DNA of 64,000 nucleotides from Octopus vulgaris. Lineage: Eukaryota. The position numbers were made by a program, and so were the translations under genes. The notes below the pieces were generated by a model. It was given only the letters and a program-made list of their open reading frames with translations. It was not told the DNA's origin and made no database searches. The stretch lies in the NCBI GenBank assembly GCA_951406725.2, contig OX597825.1:28768001-28832000 (forward strand), written 5' to 3'. Below are positions 41,132-53,602 of the stretch, piece after piece (within the stretch, counting starts at the first letter, position 1; each line of letters begins with the position of its first letter).

Positions 41132-41306
41132 CATACATACATGTATACATACATATATATATATATACTTTTACTTTATTTTTACTTTATATATACTTTT
41201 ACTTTATTTTTACTTTATTTTTACTTTATTTTGATCAATTTACTCCACCACCTACACCACCAAACGGTATACACAGGTGCTTATAATTATCAAGTACTCA
41301 CCCCGA

Positions 41307-41405
<99 letters not shown>

Positions 41406-41514
41406 TACAGTTCTATATTTACGGGCATATGGCGGAGTGGTTAAGAGCGCGAGCTACTAACCCCAAGATTTCGAGTTCGATTCCAGACAGTGACCTGAAT
41501 AATAATAATAGTAA

Positions 41515-41851
41515 AAGACCCCCTTCGGTCATGAATGACCATGGGATTGCACCTAGAAAGTTATCCTTCTAGACACAAGTCCGGGCAAGGTTGTTTATGG
41601 AAGACCAGCAGTCGCCCATGCATACCAGCCTCCCCCTCTCCACACCACCAGTGTTATCCAAGGGAAAGACAAAGGTCGATACAGCTTGGGACAAGTGACG
41701 TCGCAACTCATTTCTACAGCTGAGTGAACTGGAGCAACGTGAAATAAAGTGCCTTGCTCAAGAACACAACACGCAGCCCGGTCCGGGATTCGAGCTCACA
41801 ACCTCCCGATCGTAAGCTCGACGCTCTAACCACTGAGCCATGCGCATTCAC
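41515..41851 (-). mobile_element. SINE family B
   Basis: Homologous to 6152-6478. Confidence 0.88.
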
Positions 41852-41861
41852 AATAATAATA

Positions 41862-41953
<92 letters not shown>

Positions 41954-42004
41954 AACATTGAAAAATACCTCAGGAATGAGAACCCAAGTTCGAAATTTCC
42001 TCAA

Positions 42005-42050
42005 GATACCTGATGAAGGATGGAGGGTATATCAGCCGAAAGGTTGTGTT
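42005..42050 (+). ncRNA. Type I hammerhead motif
   Basis: gatac-CTGATGAA-ggatg-gagggtatat-cagcc-GAAAG-GTT-gtgtt. Confidence 0.75.
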
Positions 42051-42075
42051 AACAACAAACAACTATATATATATA

Positions 42076-42497
42076 TGCGTTAGCTGAAGGAAGAAACAAC
42101 GTGCTTCCATGAAATTCTGCTTTCTGCTGGAGAAACCGGCGGGGGAAACTGTTGTTATGCTTCAAATAGCTTACAAGGCCACTGCCATCAGTAAAACAAG
42201 TTTACGAGTGGCTTTCATGCTTTAGGAATGACCACTTGTCGCTGAAATTCGTTCAGGGTGACCCTCGACCTCCCGAACAAATGAAAACATAATGAAATGA
42301 AGAAAGAAAAACGACGGAGGTGTTATAAGGCATCACTTCACAAGAGTTCCGGCACTGCTTCGAATAGTGGAAAATGTGTCAGGACCGATGCATTGCTTCA
42401 AATGGAGAATACTTTGAGGGTGATAAAATTGTAAACATATAAAACTAAGTGAATAAAATAACATTGCAAAATTTCGGTTCCGTTTGGGTATCCCACC

Positions 42498-42499
<2 letters not shown>
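42076..42499 (+). mobile_element. Internally deleted mariner element
   Basis: QRASMKFCFLLEKPAGETVVMLQIAYK..VYEW..RSG*PSTSRTNENI fused to C-terminal CIASNGEYFEGDK. Confidence 0.85.
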
Positions 42500-42523
<24 letters not shown>

Positions 42524-42528
<5 letters not shown>

Positions 42529-42729
42529 TTTATTATATAGAAGGAGCTTCTACAGGACTAGAACTGTTTCATTCAAGAGAAACCATCAGGAAGGCTTCCT
42601 GATGATTTCTCTTGCATGAAACAGTTCTAGTCCTGTAGAACTCCTTCTATATAATAAATTAATTTTACTCTGCTATGTATTGAGTACCTTATTTACTGTG
42701 GTTAACCCCGAATCAACTCGGGACCTACA
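42524..42729 (+). mobile_element. Fold-back PLE-like end fragment with mirrored hammerheads, in (TA)n
   Basis: About 69-bp arms 42524-42593 / 42595-42663 plus an unpaired 3' tail. Confidence 0.8.
42594..42644 (+). ncRNA. Type I hammerhead motif
   Basis: gcttc-CTGATGA-tttctcttgcat-GAA-ACAG-ttctagtc-CTGT-A-gaa(g)c; the mirror copy keeps gaagc and the ttc/gaa stem II. Confidence 0.75.
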
Positions 42730-42730
42730 T

Positions 42731-42825
<95 letters not shown>

Positions 42826-43019
42826 GTGTTAATATGACCATTTTTTTGCTGCTCATTTCCGACCTTATAAATTAGATTAAGTGCCAGCTGTGCTATTTCA
42901 AAGATTTTATCTTTAATGAATGCTTAAATTAGACGATTTATCCACTAAAAGATTTTTAGTAACATATTGTGTTCGCATATTTGTAAATGACGTACCCATG
43001 CTATCTAAATAATCAACAT

Positions 43020-44680
43020 ACCTAGTTAATTTAAAATCATCCAGAAGCGATTTGCTATGTTTGTGCAAACTTTGCAATCGTATTATAAAGTTATAATATC
43101 ACAAGTGATGTTAATATATATTTTATATAAAGTCTTTTGAATCTGGAACGTTGCCCGCCATTAACACTAAGTTGGAGAAAAAAGACAAAATTGAACAGAC
43201 GCCTGCAAGATTTCTCCATTATAATATAATGTCAACCTGAGGAATTCCAACTTATTTCAATATTGCTTTTCGTTTTCGGTAACTTAGTGAGAAAATGCCG
43301 AAAAGTTTTTACGTTTACTGATCCATACAAAAGTGGTCCTTCATCAGATTCGTACTGAGTGTTTGAGTTGTTTGTACGACTGGTTGAATAAAAAATTATC
43401 ACTGTGCCTATTGTAGTGCCCATAATAAGTGAAGAGGATAAAAAAAAGACCCATCGTACAGATAGCCATTATTGTATTGATAAGACACTCAAAACCATTT
43501 ACTACAGCTTGAGTTTCGCTTGTAGACATATATCAAACGATAAAACACTGCATCTGTTTCTATCCAAGTTGAACTCAACACCATTCAAAATGAAGTAGCT
43601 ATGATGAAATTACAATGACTTAAAGAGCTGCTGGAAATTGGCCAGGTTCCGAATATGAAAGAGAAGGGAGCAGGGAGCAGGGGTTTAGCACTTTGCGTAC
43701 AAAAGCGTTTAAACAATCCTCTGAAGGATTCAGAGTTGTCAAAGGATAAGGATGTGGTTATCAATTGAAATATTGCCATTTGCAGGAAAAAAGTGTAACT
43801 GAGCTATTGTAGAAAGTGACATTTTTATTTAGTAGTTTATTTTAAAGTGGATAGTCCTCTCTATTTTTGTTATGGCATTAAAAGACCTTTCACGGTTGTC
43901 TGAAAGGCAAGTTGCAAGTAAATGGCAGCTCTTTATTCTTATTATTACAAAACTTAAAGCCAGTTTTATTTCTTAATGTTAATTTAAAACCATCTATCAC
44001 CATTTATCGTTCATCGTATTTACAAGAACCTTTACATTGAGAATCGTTTTAATAAAATTGAATACAACGGTCACCAATGGAATCAATGTTTCTAGCCATG
44101 CTAGAAGAATATACGTAGCAGTGTTGTTTTATGTTTGTGCGATAGTTTTGTCATTACAGAACATTATAATAGAAGAGAGAGTCTGACTATCATATATTCT
44201 ATGACGAAACAGCATGCAATCAGTTCCGATTAGTTGATCCGAAAATAAAATTTTTACTACCTCCTTATCATTAACTTTGGTTTAATGAAGATATTTGTTA
44301 TGCTAGACTTAGATTTCTCTCTGAAATATTACCAGACAGAAAATTAAGTTATGCAAAAATGGAGGTTTTAGAAGGACCTCAAATCCAAGTGGAATTGAAC
44401 GAGAAACATTCTATGAAAAACTTACAACATTCAAGTTAAAAGCTTGACACGCTTCCAAAAAGGTTTCTGCTAACTTCTTGAAAAATTACAGGACTTCTTC
44501 CAAAATGGACTCGCGAAACTAATCGAAACTTTCAAAGTTATGAATGATCGAATGTCTCCAGGATAACATTCTATATATTCACATCTAGATACCCTTTCTG
44601 AAAATCTGGTTGCAGCTAGTGATAAAAAAAGAGAAATATAACCAAACAGGATATTAAATCTAAGGAAGCATCGTCACGTA
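43020..44680 (+). pseudogene. Decayed Chapaev3-like (CMC superfamily) transposase
   Basis: Ordered remnants PEAICYVCANF, VPII..THRTDSHYCI, LNNPLKDSELSKDK, LVDPK..LLPP.H..GLMK.FV, KLSYAK..GPQI, NFLKNYR, MS..H..SHLD..SENL.A.SD..QDI; family name from memory of these motifs. Confidence 0.75.
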
Positions 44681-45062
44681 TTTCGGAATAAAAACATAAT
44701 TGAAGATGACTGATGGGAGTCATTTCATAAAGATCCAGATTACATTTACAAGAAGTCACTTTTATTGCAGATATTTGAATAGTATATAAACATCTATACT
44801 TACATACACATGTAGTATATAATAAAAATACATAACACACACACATATATATAATGTGTGAGTGTGTGTATATGTGTGAGACAACCTAATATATTTTTAT
44901 ACTAACTCAGAAACCCTGGGATTATCCACATAATTGCTAGTTTATTGTGTATTTGTCATTTCACCTTGTGCTGTGTGAATACTTGATGTGGTTTTGGAAT
45001 CAGACTTTGACTGCCAGCTCTAGCATGGTGGTACCTTAGATACTCTTAATCATAATTATAAT

Positions 45063-45125
<63 letters not shown>

Positions 45126-45127
45126 AT

Positions 45128-45798
45128 AGAGGCAATTATGTAGATAAACAAATTAGACATATTAGATATTTTAAACATATTAAATATAATTGTTTGGGTA
45201 TGAAATACAAAATATGTATATATGTATACTTGGAAAACGAGAGAGAGAGAGCAAAGAGTGGAAACTTCCAGATGATGAATTTTTAAGTATACAGATATAG
45301 AGATATTAATAGGTCCAACATACAAATGACAGAGTAAATTAAAGTGATGTAAGAAAAGTGCTATAAGTCCAACAGCTGTTTCTTGAAAATCGGAAATTCA
45401 TAATAATATTGGTAGTTATTTTTAACCTGATGAGTGGCTATATTTATATCGAGGTGATTTTAATACTACTACAAATATTTTTACTATAATCATTTCTTAA
45501 ATATAGCCACGAAAGACGTGTCGTTATTCTACCAAATATATACGTTTTTATTTATTATTTTGCACATTACTTAATCATCGGTATATTATTTTCATCTTAT
45601 ATTTAATATTTCTATTATATGTAATTTTCTAGATGGTGTAATTAAATTTTTCATTTTACATTGATAAAAGGTGTTTTTATCTCCTAATTTATATATATAT
45701 ATGTATTATATTTTGTGAAATTTAATTTAGTATTTCTAAATTGAATTTTTCCCTGTAAGTTAGGAATAATATTCCCGTAAATTATTATAATTATTATA
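45128..45798 (+). mobile_element. PLE-like end region with hammerhead, preceded by an opposite-strand fragment
   Basis: Full HHR 45409-45535; half-HHR GAAACAGCTGTT on minus at 45371-45383; 3' end resembles 13684-13740. Confidence 0.6.
45409..45535 (+). ncRNA. Extended type I hammerhead ribozyme motif
   Basis: ttggtag..taac-CTGATGA-gtggctatattta-(51 nt)-taaatatagccac-GAAA-gacgtg-TC-gtta..ctaccaa; 13-bp perfect stem II, bipartite stem I. Confidence 0.85.
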
Positions 45799-45802
45799 TT
45801 AA

Positions 45803-45968
45803 GAGGAATGACCACTAAAGTGGACACCCTATATGGTAAATAAAGACGTCACATCGCCATTACCACGAAAAAATCTCAACAAAAACGCCAAAATGTAAAA
45901 ATGAGCAAGACAAATTTGTTTGTCCACTTTAGTGTCCGCTTTAGTGTCCGCTTTAGTGGTCATTCCTC
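45803..45968. mobile_element. 166-bp MITE, 25-bp TIRs, TTAA-flanked, GAG termini (Sola3-like)
   Basis: ttaa|gaggaatgaccactaaagtggacac ... gtgtccgctttagtggtcattcctc|ttaa; three 12-bp gtccRctttagt repeats at right end. Confidence 0.88.
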
Positions 45969-46222
45969 TTAATTTTGTATGTAATACAATTTTTGATCTT
46001 CGGATTTTCAAATATGCTAAGCCACTTGTTTTAATTGATTAACATCATTTTCTACCCTTATTTAATTTTCATTCAGATGCAGCACGGATTTTTGTCAGTG
46101 AACAGGTCGCGGATTTTAGCGACGAAAATATTTTGACAATTTAAACTTAAATGTTGAAGTGAATCGAACGGCTTTTGTGTGTTTCTTAAATGGCTTATAA
46201 ACACCTTCCACGCTGCAATTGT

Positions 46223-46334
<112 letters not shown>

Positions 46335-46617
46335 CATGTACATGAGCGTATGTGCGTGCATGTGTATGTATATGTGACTTAGTTCAGGTGGTTTTAAAGG
46401 AAGGTATAAGATATCGTACAGCAACTCAGCCCCTGTTATAGGTGCACCTGTAGCAGAAACAGCTGTAGATAAACTGAATGCGATCACGTGAATCCTGTTC
46501 TTTCAGCAATTAATTAATTAATATTACGCTCTTTAATTATCTTCTAGTTCATGGTGAATAATGATACATTGAGTTCATTATATGTATTTATATACATATG
46601 TATACTATATACATGTA

Positions 46618-46694
<77 letters not shown>

Positions 46695-47098
46695 ATGCGT
46701 GTTTGTTTTTCATTATCCTTATATTAATAACTAAGATGAATAAAAAAAATGTATTAATCTTGAAAATAGATTTTGATGGGAAAACACTGATGTCAGGTTC
46801 CAGATAAGCATAAAATTTTCTCTGACAAAACTACATTTGCTTTCCCCATGAGAATATAGTTTCATTTCGCTGCGTAATTAATGTTGTAGCAATGGCATCT
46901 TAGTTTTAGACGATAAATTTCTAAGAATGAAATAAATATTTAAATTTCTAATTCAATTATAACATTTAATTTCTATTCACCAACCATTTTACCTAAACAC
47001 CTACCCACCCATAGACGTACATATATGCGTATCTACCTACGTACCTACCTACACACACACACATATATGAACACACACACGTTCGCACTCACACACGT

Positions 47099-47142
<44 letters not shown>

Positions 47143-47297
47143 TTCTATTGAGTCAATTCGAGGATATCTTATCCTCATAAGGGATTAATATATACAAAAT
47201 TTCACTGTTTTTTTATAAAATGTATTTGTTTTCAGCTTTCACCTTGGAACTATGTCAATAAATTAATTTACATCTTTATCAACACTTCAGTTTCTCA

Positions 47298-47399
<102 letters not shown>

Positions 47400-47660
47400 A
47401 TATAAACCGTTGCTATTATGTTAAAAAGTGTCGTACGTTCAAATTTGACCAAATGCATATTAGTTTTCAATATTTAATTTTTGCTTGTACTAACCTGTTC
47501 TTTTGGTCAAACTATCGTATCTCCAGGAGGTTCAGATGTCAAGATATCAAAAATTCTCAAAGTTTAGTAGAACAGTTTTGTTATGGAATGGTAAAACTAT
47601 TTTTTCGTTTTCTGAGAAAAAGCTAGATTTTGGACTTACGTCACTTTTGCATAATAGCAA

Positions 47661-47724
<64 letters not shown>

Positions 47725-48146
47725 AATATATAGGGATAAAATATCAAGGCGGGTACCGTACGAGTACTCAGTTATAATCCGGGTTCTGACTGATCGCCTT
47801 GAGTTGTAAGGAGTACCTGTGATTAATTAAAGTAAGCAATCCCACTGTATTTTATTCGATGACTAAACACTTGACTCATTTGGCTGGATCATGAATATCT
47901 TACCGAGAATATATCCACGACAATTACAATGAATATAGATATTTCTACATAAGCATATTATTCTTTTCATATCCATGGTCAATTATACGGTATATTCAGT
48001 TTAATTTTGCCTCACATCAGTTGTGAAATTGCGTTGCATCTCCTCTGTTAGCATCGATAAACGAAAAATTCTATTGTCATTTGACATCTCTGATTGAGAC
48101 TTGTGTGCAGCTTCTATAAACTGTCGCAAAACCTAACTATAATAAA

Positions 48147-48197
<51 letters not shown>

Positions 48198-48202
48198 CAT
48201 AA

Positions 48203-48257
<55 letters not shown>

Positions 48258-48258
<1 letters not shown>

Positions 48259-48561
48259 TGTGGAGGTGCAATGGCCCAGTGGTTAGGGCAGCTGACTCGC
48301 GGTCGTAGGATCGCGGTTTCGATTCCCAAACCGGGCGTTGTGAGTGTTTGTTGAGCGAAAACACCTAAAGCTTCACGAGGCTCCGGCAGGAGGTGGTGGA
48401 GATCCCAGCTGTATCTTTCGCCACAACTTTCTCTCACTCTTTCTTCTTTTGGCCGGATCGCTTAGCCAGCGGGGTGACGTCATTTGAAGGCTAAAACAAT
48501 GCGAAACGCATTGTGATCAGCGATGTGTAGCAGCATCTGATAGCCTGGTCGGTCGCGGTGA
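48258..48561 (+). mobile_element. SINE family E variant (same head/core, different tail) in (AAT)n
   Basis: tgtggaggtgcaatggcccagtggttag..gtttcgattccc..ctttcgccacaactttctctcactcttt shared with 38420-38730. Confidence 0.85.
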
Positions 48562-48584
48562 TAATAATAATAATAATAATAATC

Positions 48585-49011
48585 TTTTATTAAATATTCA
48601 GCTCAATACCACAGATTTGCTTAACCTTAACGAGTTGAGCATGTCTCTTAGTGGCTGACGATATGAGCAGAAGTAGTGGAGGACCATTATAGCCATGTGT
48701 TGAGAGGAATTCTTTCGGGTTTGGATAATTCACCTTTGGAAACATGGGTGTTTTGTTCATCATTCTTAAACAACCCTTATTCAGGGACCTTTTGAATGGG
48801 ATGGGCTACTCGATCTGAAGAAAATTCTAACTGGGCCCCACCTGCAAGGTAATGTGCTGTTTATCTTGATATGAGATCACTATGTCGCATACGTATGGTT
48901 GTGATGCATGTATGTGGGTACCCTTATAAGAGGGGTAGTCATGCTGGGTGAACAGGGCTTCGTATATTTTACCACAGTGTCACTTTCATGACATGCACTG
49001 CTCTCTCACTC

Positions 49012-49012
<1 letters not shown>
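48585..49012 (+). mobile_element. Repeat family C, 5'-truncated
   Basis: Ends ctgctctctcactc(aat)n like the 28942-29500 copy. Confidence 0.85.
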
Positions 49013-49064
<52 letters not shown>

Positions 49065-49081
49065 TGATGATGATGATAATC

Positions 49082-49167
<86 letters not shown>

Positions 49168-49171
49168 AATA
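49012..49171. repeat. (AAT)n-(GAT)n compound microsatellite
   Basis: Direct reading. Confidence 0.97.
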
Positions 49172-49603
49172 AAGCAAGGCAGGGTAAAACAACCAATCTG
49201 CTAACGCAAAAATAGGCTAATGAACAGACACAGGTGAGAGGCTAAACCCTCGGCGTCAAATAAAATATATATATTACCAAACTGGGTGATAAAAGTTCTC
49301 ACCAAATCATCGAATAAGAGTGAAATTCGACTCGTGATATAGAAATATATTCTTCAATAAATCATGTACTCTGTAACATATACTCGTCCGACAATACTCA
49401 ACGTTGGTACACATTCAAACATGTATGCGCGCGCACACACACACGACTAACACAGGGTCATTTGTTGAAATATATCCTAGATAAAGTTCCGAATTAACCG
49501 GCTTGAATTGTATTATTATATTACACTAAAGATCTAATGAAAGCTTTTCTGCTCTATTTATTTCTCTCATCTATATTTATTGGTGAAGTGAAAATAATGA
49601 AAA

Positions 49604-49639
<36 letters not shown>

Positions 49640-49802
49640 GTTGTTGTTGTTGTTGTTTTTGTTGTTGTTTTTGCTTTTGATATCAGTATTATTATCACTG
49701 TTGTTTTTCTTATTATTATTAATAAAGAAAGTATAATTATGATGCTCGAATACAAATTTTAATCTCTCGTACAATATTTATACATGTGTATGTGCGTGTG
49801 CC

Positions 49803-49953
<151 letters not shown>

Positions 49954-50242
49954 GTATGTATTTATGTGTGTATGTATGTATATATATATATATATACAAA
50001 AATGTATGCATATATATCATCAATTTATTTTCTCTTTCATTCCTTCACTTTATATTTATTTTATTTTAATTCAATTATTTTATTATTTATATACTTCCTT
50101 TATCTATGTCTTATTTATCAAATTTTTATCTTGGAGGAAAGGAATCGATACTGTCGTTCGTACACTTATACACACACTCACACACACATACACACAAACA
50201 CACACACATATATATTCACATATATAGATATATATATCTGTG

Positions 50243-50283
<41 letters not shown>

Positions 50284-50303
50284 CTGTATGTATGTATGTA
50301 TGC

Positions 50304-50354
<51 letters not shown>

Positions 50355-50998
50355 GTATAATATATATATATCTATCTATCTATATCTATATATATATCCG
50401 TACACACACACATGCACACACAAACATATATACATGTTATCACATAGGCATAAGTAGAAAATAAGTATAAATATTTTTTCAAAATACACATATATCCCTT
50501 CATATAAAAAAATCTGTATATTCTAAAATGCATACTTGCATGGGTTTATACGTGTGAACACATGTCTACATAAATACTAGTGGAGTCTGTGTCTGTTGGT
50601 CTTGACGGCAGTGCCAAGAAAACTGTGAATTGTGGGCGGAGGGACAATTAATAAAAGCAAAATTATGTTGAAAAGACGTAATCAGAAACTGTGAAGTTTA
50701 ATTAATTCTTGAAAAAATACGAGAGGCATAAATAAGAGTGCCGATCGAGAAAACAGAACAACAACGGTTACAAGAGTTGATATATACACTGGGAGGAAAT
50801 GAAAGGTATTAGATAAAAAAATAATAATATACATACACACACACACACACACACACACATTTGTTGGGGTTGGGATGCGTGTGCATACAGACACATAATC
50901 CGAACATACACACACGTATGATTATACCAGTATGTCTCTGATTGTGTGTATTTATGTTTGAATGCGTTTGTAATATTTATGTATGTTTTTGCGCGTGC

Positions 50999-51076
<78 letters not shown>

Positions 51077-51128
51077 TGATATATATATATACATATACAT
51101 GTATATATATATATACATACATATATAT

Positions 51129-51174
<46 letters not shown>

Positions 51175-51314
51175 ATACATGCATACATAACATACGTGAA
51201 TATGTGTTTACATACCAAGACACACATTTACAAGTATATATACATAGTATATATATATCATGTATATATATATATATATATATGTATATGCAAGTATGTA
51301 TGTGTGAATGTGTT

Positions 51315-51373
<59 letters not shown>

Positions 51374-51897
51374 GAATTACATATATTTATGTATATACAT
51401 ATATATATATATATATGCATATATATAGGAGTTATATATGTTTATGTATATACATACATATATGTATATATATATACATATATGTATATATATATACATA
51501 TATGAATATATAACTCATACATAGATATATATCTATAGACACACACATATGCAGGCATACACTCATACACGCTCACACACACACACACACAGATTAATGC
51601 CATAAAACATAGGAATGAATAAAAAAGCCATAAGTGTAACGTATAATATGTTATAGATATAAAAAGTGTAAAAAAGAAAGAATAAAAGAAAGAGCATACC
51701 ATTAAACAGATAAATGGAAGACAATAAAGAAGGGTAAAGAGATGCTTTCCAGTCGACTAGGTCTGTCTGGATGTCTTAACAATATTGTTTTAAATAAAGT
51801 AAACTTTATTGGCTCGGCTGAAAATCTTGCTCTCACGTTTATTGCTACATGCATGGGTTTCTAGACGATGTTTTCAGATGCGTATATATATGTGTGC

Positions 51898-51909
<12 letters not shown>

Positions 51910-51965
<56 letters not shown>

Positions 51966-52061
51966 GGAGAAAGCGAGAGAGAGAGGAAGAAGAGAGTGAG
52001 AGAGGAAGAGGAGAGAGAGCGAAAGAAATGCATATATGTATAAAAGCAAATATTCATAGAG

Positions 52062-52099
<38 letters not shown>

Positions 52100-52188
52100 G
52101 GAGAAAGCAAGAGAGAGAGAAAGAAGAGAGTGAGAGAGGAAGAGAGCGAAAGAAATGCATATATATATAAAAGCAAATATTCATAGAG

Positions 52189-52236
<48 letters not shown>

Positions 52237-52329
52237 GGAGAAAGCAAGAGAGAGAGAGAAAGAAGAGAGTGAGAGAGGAAGAGAGAGTGAAAGAAATGCA
52301 TATATATATAAAAGCAAATATTCATAGAG

Positions 52330-52365
<36 letters not shown>

Positions 52366-52498
52366 GGAGAAAGCAAGAGAGATAGAAAGAAGAGAGTGAG
52401 AGTGGAAGAGGAGAGAGAGAGCGAAAGAGATGCATATATATATATAAGCAAATATTCATAGAGATGTGTGTATATATATATATATACATATATATATA
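51910..52498. repeat. Minisatellite: 4 units of about 130 bp, each with a variable (TA)n
   Basis: tacggagaaagc...gaaatgcatata..aagcaaatattcatagagatgtg starts at ~51963, 52097, 52233, 52362. Confidence 0.92.
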
Positions 52499-52500
52499 CT

Positions 52501-52699
52501 CGAGGAGGAGCTGAAAAATTCCTGGCTTTAAGGTTATCACGGAAGGCTCGGTTGGAGGTCCAACTCTCCGAGTTATTTTGCAGTGCTTAGAAAAACTAAA
52601 GGACCGCTGCAAGAAGTGTTTGAATCTGAGAGGTGATTATGTTCAATAAAATCATAAAGAACTGCAACTCCTCCTGTATTTTCTTTTACACAAAACCAT
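52501..52699 (+). mobile_element. Non-autonomous mariner derivative, right end truncated
   Basis: cgaggaggagctgaaaaattcctggcttt terminus; C-terminal remnant LEKLKDRCKKCLNLRGDYVQ*. Confidence 0.75.
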
Positions 52700-52701
52700 A
52701 T

Positions 52702-53260
52702 ATATAATGATAAATAATATGTTTATGTCTATATGGGTAAAGGACGTCACCAAGTGTGCAAACAACATGAAATATGTAAAAAACAGGACAAGTAAACACA
52801 GAGAAAAGACTCTTCATCAGTTGACGGCTGTCTATCTACTTCTCATTTCGATTCTTCAACGTCAATACGAGTCTTCAAAGACAGTTTATACCACAAATTC
52901 TAAAATAAAATTTAGGATTTATGGAGGGTCAAACAGAACAGTGGAGACATACAATGAACCGAACGAAAACAAACATGGAGGTCGTTAGACCAGAACGAGA
53001 AGAAAAGAATGAACGCTGGGAGAAATAGTTTCTTTGGAAAAGAGAAAAGCTAGGATAGAAATAAAACATTCAATCTTTTGAACGACCGTGCAGGAAAAGA
53101 AAGATGGACGCTTGCCATGTGTCAGCTACGAGGGGAGAAAGAGACAGATAGAAAATGGTGAAAGCGGGAGGGGTGAAAAGGGAACTAGAGATGGATGGAT
53201 GAAGGAAACAGTATAGAGAAGAGAGTTGCATCAAAGAGGTGAAGATAAACTTACTCGGGA
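52702..53260 (-). mobile_element. PLE-like non-coding element homologous to 36400-36925
   Basis: Shared blocks accctcc..aaattttattt..aatttg, HHR-like motif, tgtcctgt, ttggtg..tcct.tacccatata. Confidence 0.65.
52808..52883 (-). ncRNA. Type II-topology hammerhead-like motif with GAAG core
   Basis: tgtcttt-GAAG-ACTCGT-A-ttgacg-loop-cgtcaa-CTGATGAA-gagtc; stem II weak. Confidence 0.55.
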
Positions 53261-53280
53261 ATGGATGCATGGCGCTCAAT

Positions 53281-53316
<36 letters not shown>

Positions 53317-53335
53317 TATATATATATATATATAT

Positions 53336-53602
53336 GCAAAAAAGGGTGGAATATAATTAATTTAATAAAATTAATAAATTTCACCTTGTAGATTTATCGG
53401 TATGGAAAAGACCATATTTGGTAAGGGTTATAATAATTATAATTAAGGGTTAATTGCAACAAGTTGCTCAAAACCACATACCGAAAATATTAGAAATAGC
53501 AGCCAAAATTGATAGGAAATAGTGATCAGTTTTGGCTGCTATTTCTAATATTTTCGGTATGTGGTTTTGAGCAACTTGTTGCAATTAACCCTTAATTATA
53601 AT

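Larger units (their letters stand above)
41423..42063 (+). mobile_element. tRNA-headed, hammerhead-tailed SINE, copy 2 (interrupted by SINE B)
   Basis: A box tggcggagtgg, B box gagttcgattcc, (AAT)n, tail homologous to 29524-29625. Confidence 0.78.

Noticed and set aside
41423-41497. tRNA gene
   Set aside because: A/B boxes are present, but acceptor and anticodon stems pair poorly and it runs into a repeat tail; treated as a SINE head. Same for 28810-28884 and the family A, B and E heads.
51910-52498. CRISPR-like repeat-spacer pattern
   Set aside because: Eukaryotic context, the spacers are only (TA)n, units are too long, and there are no cas genes.
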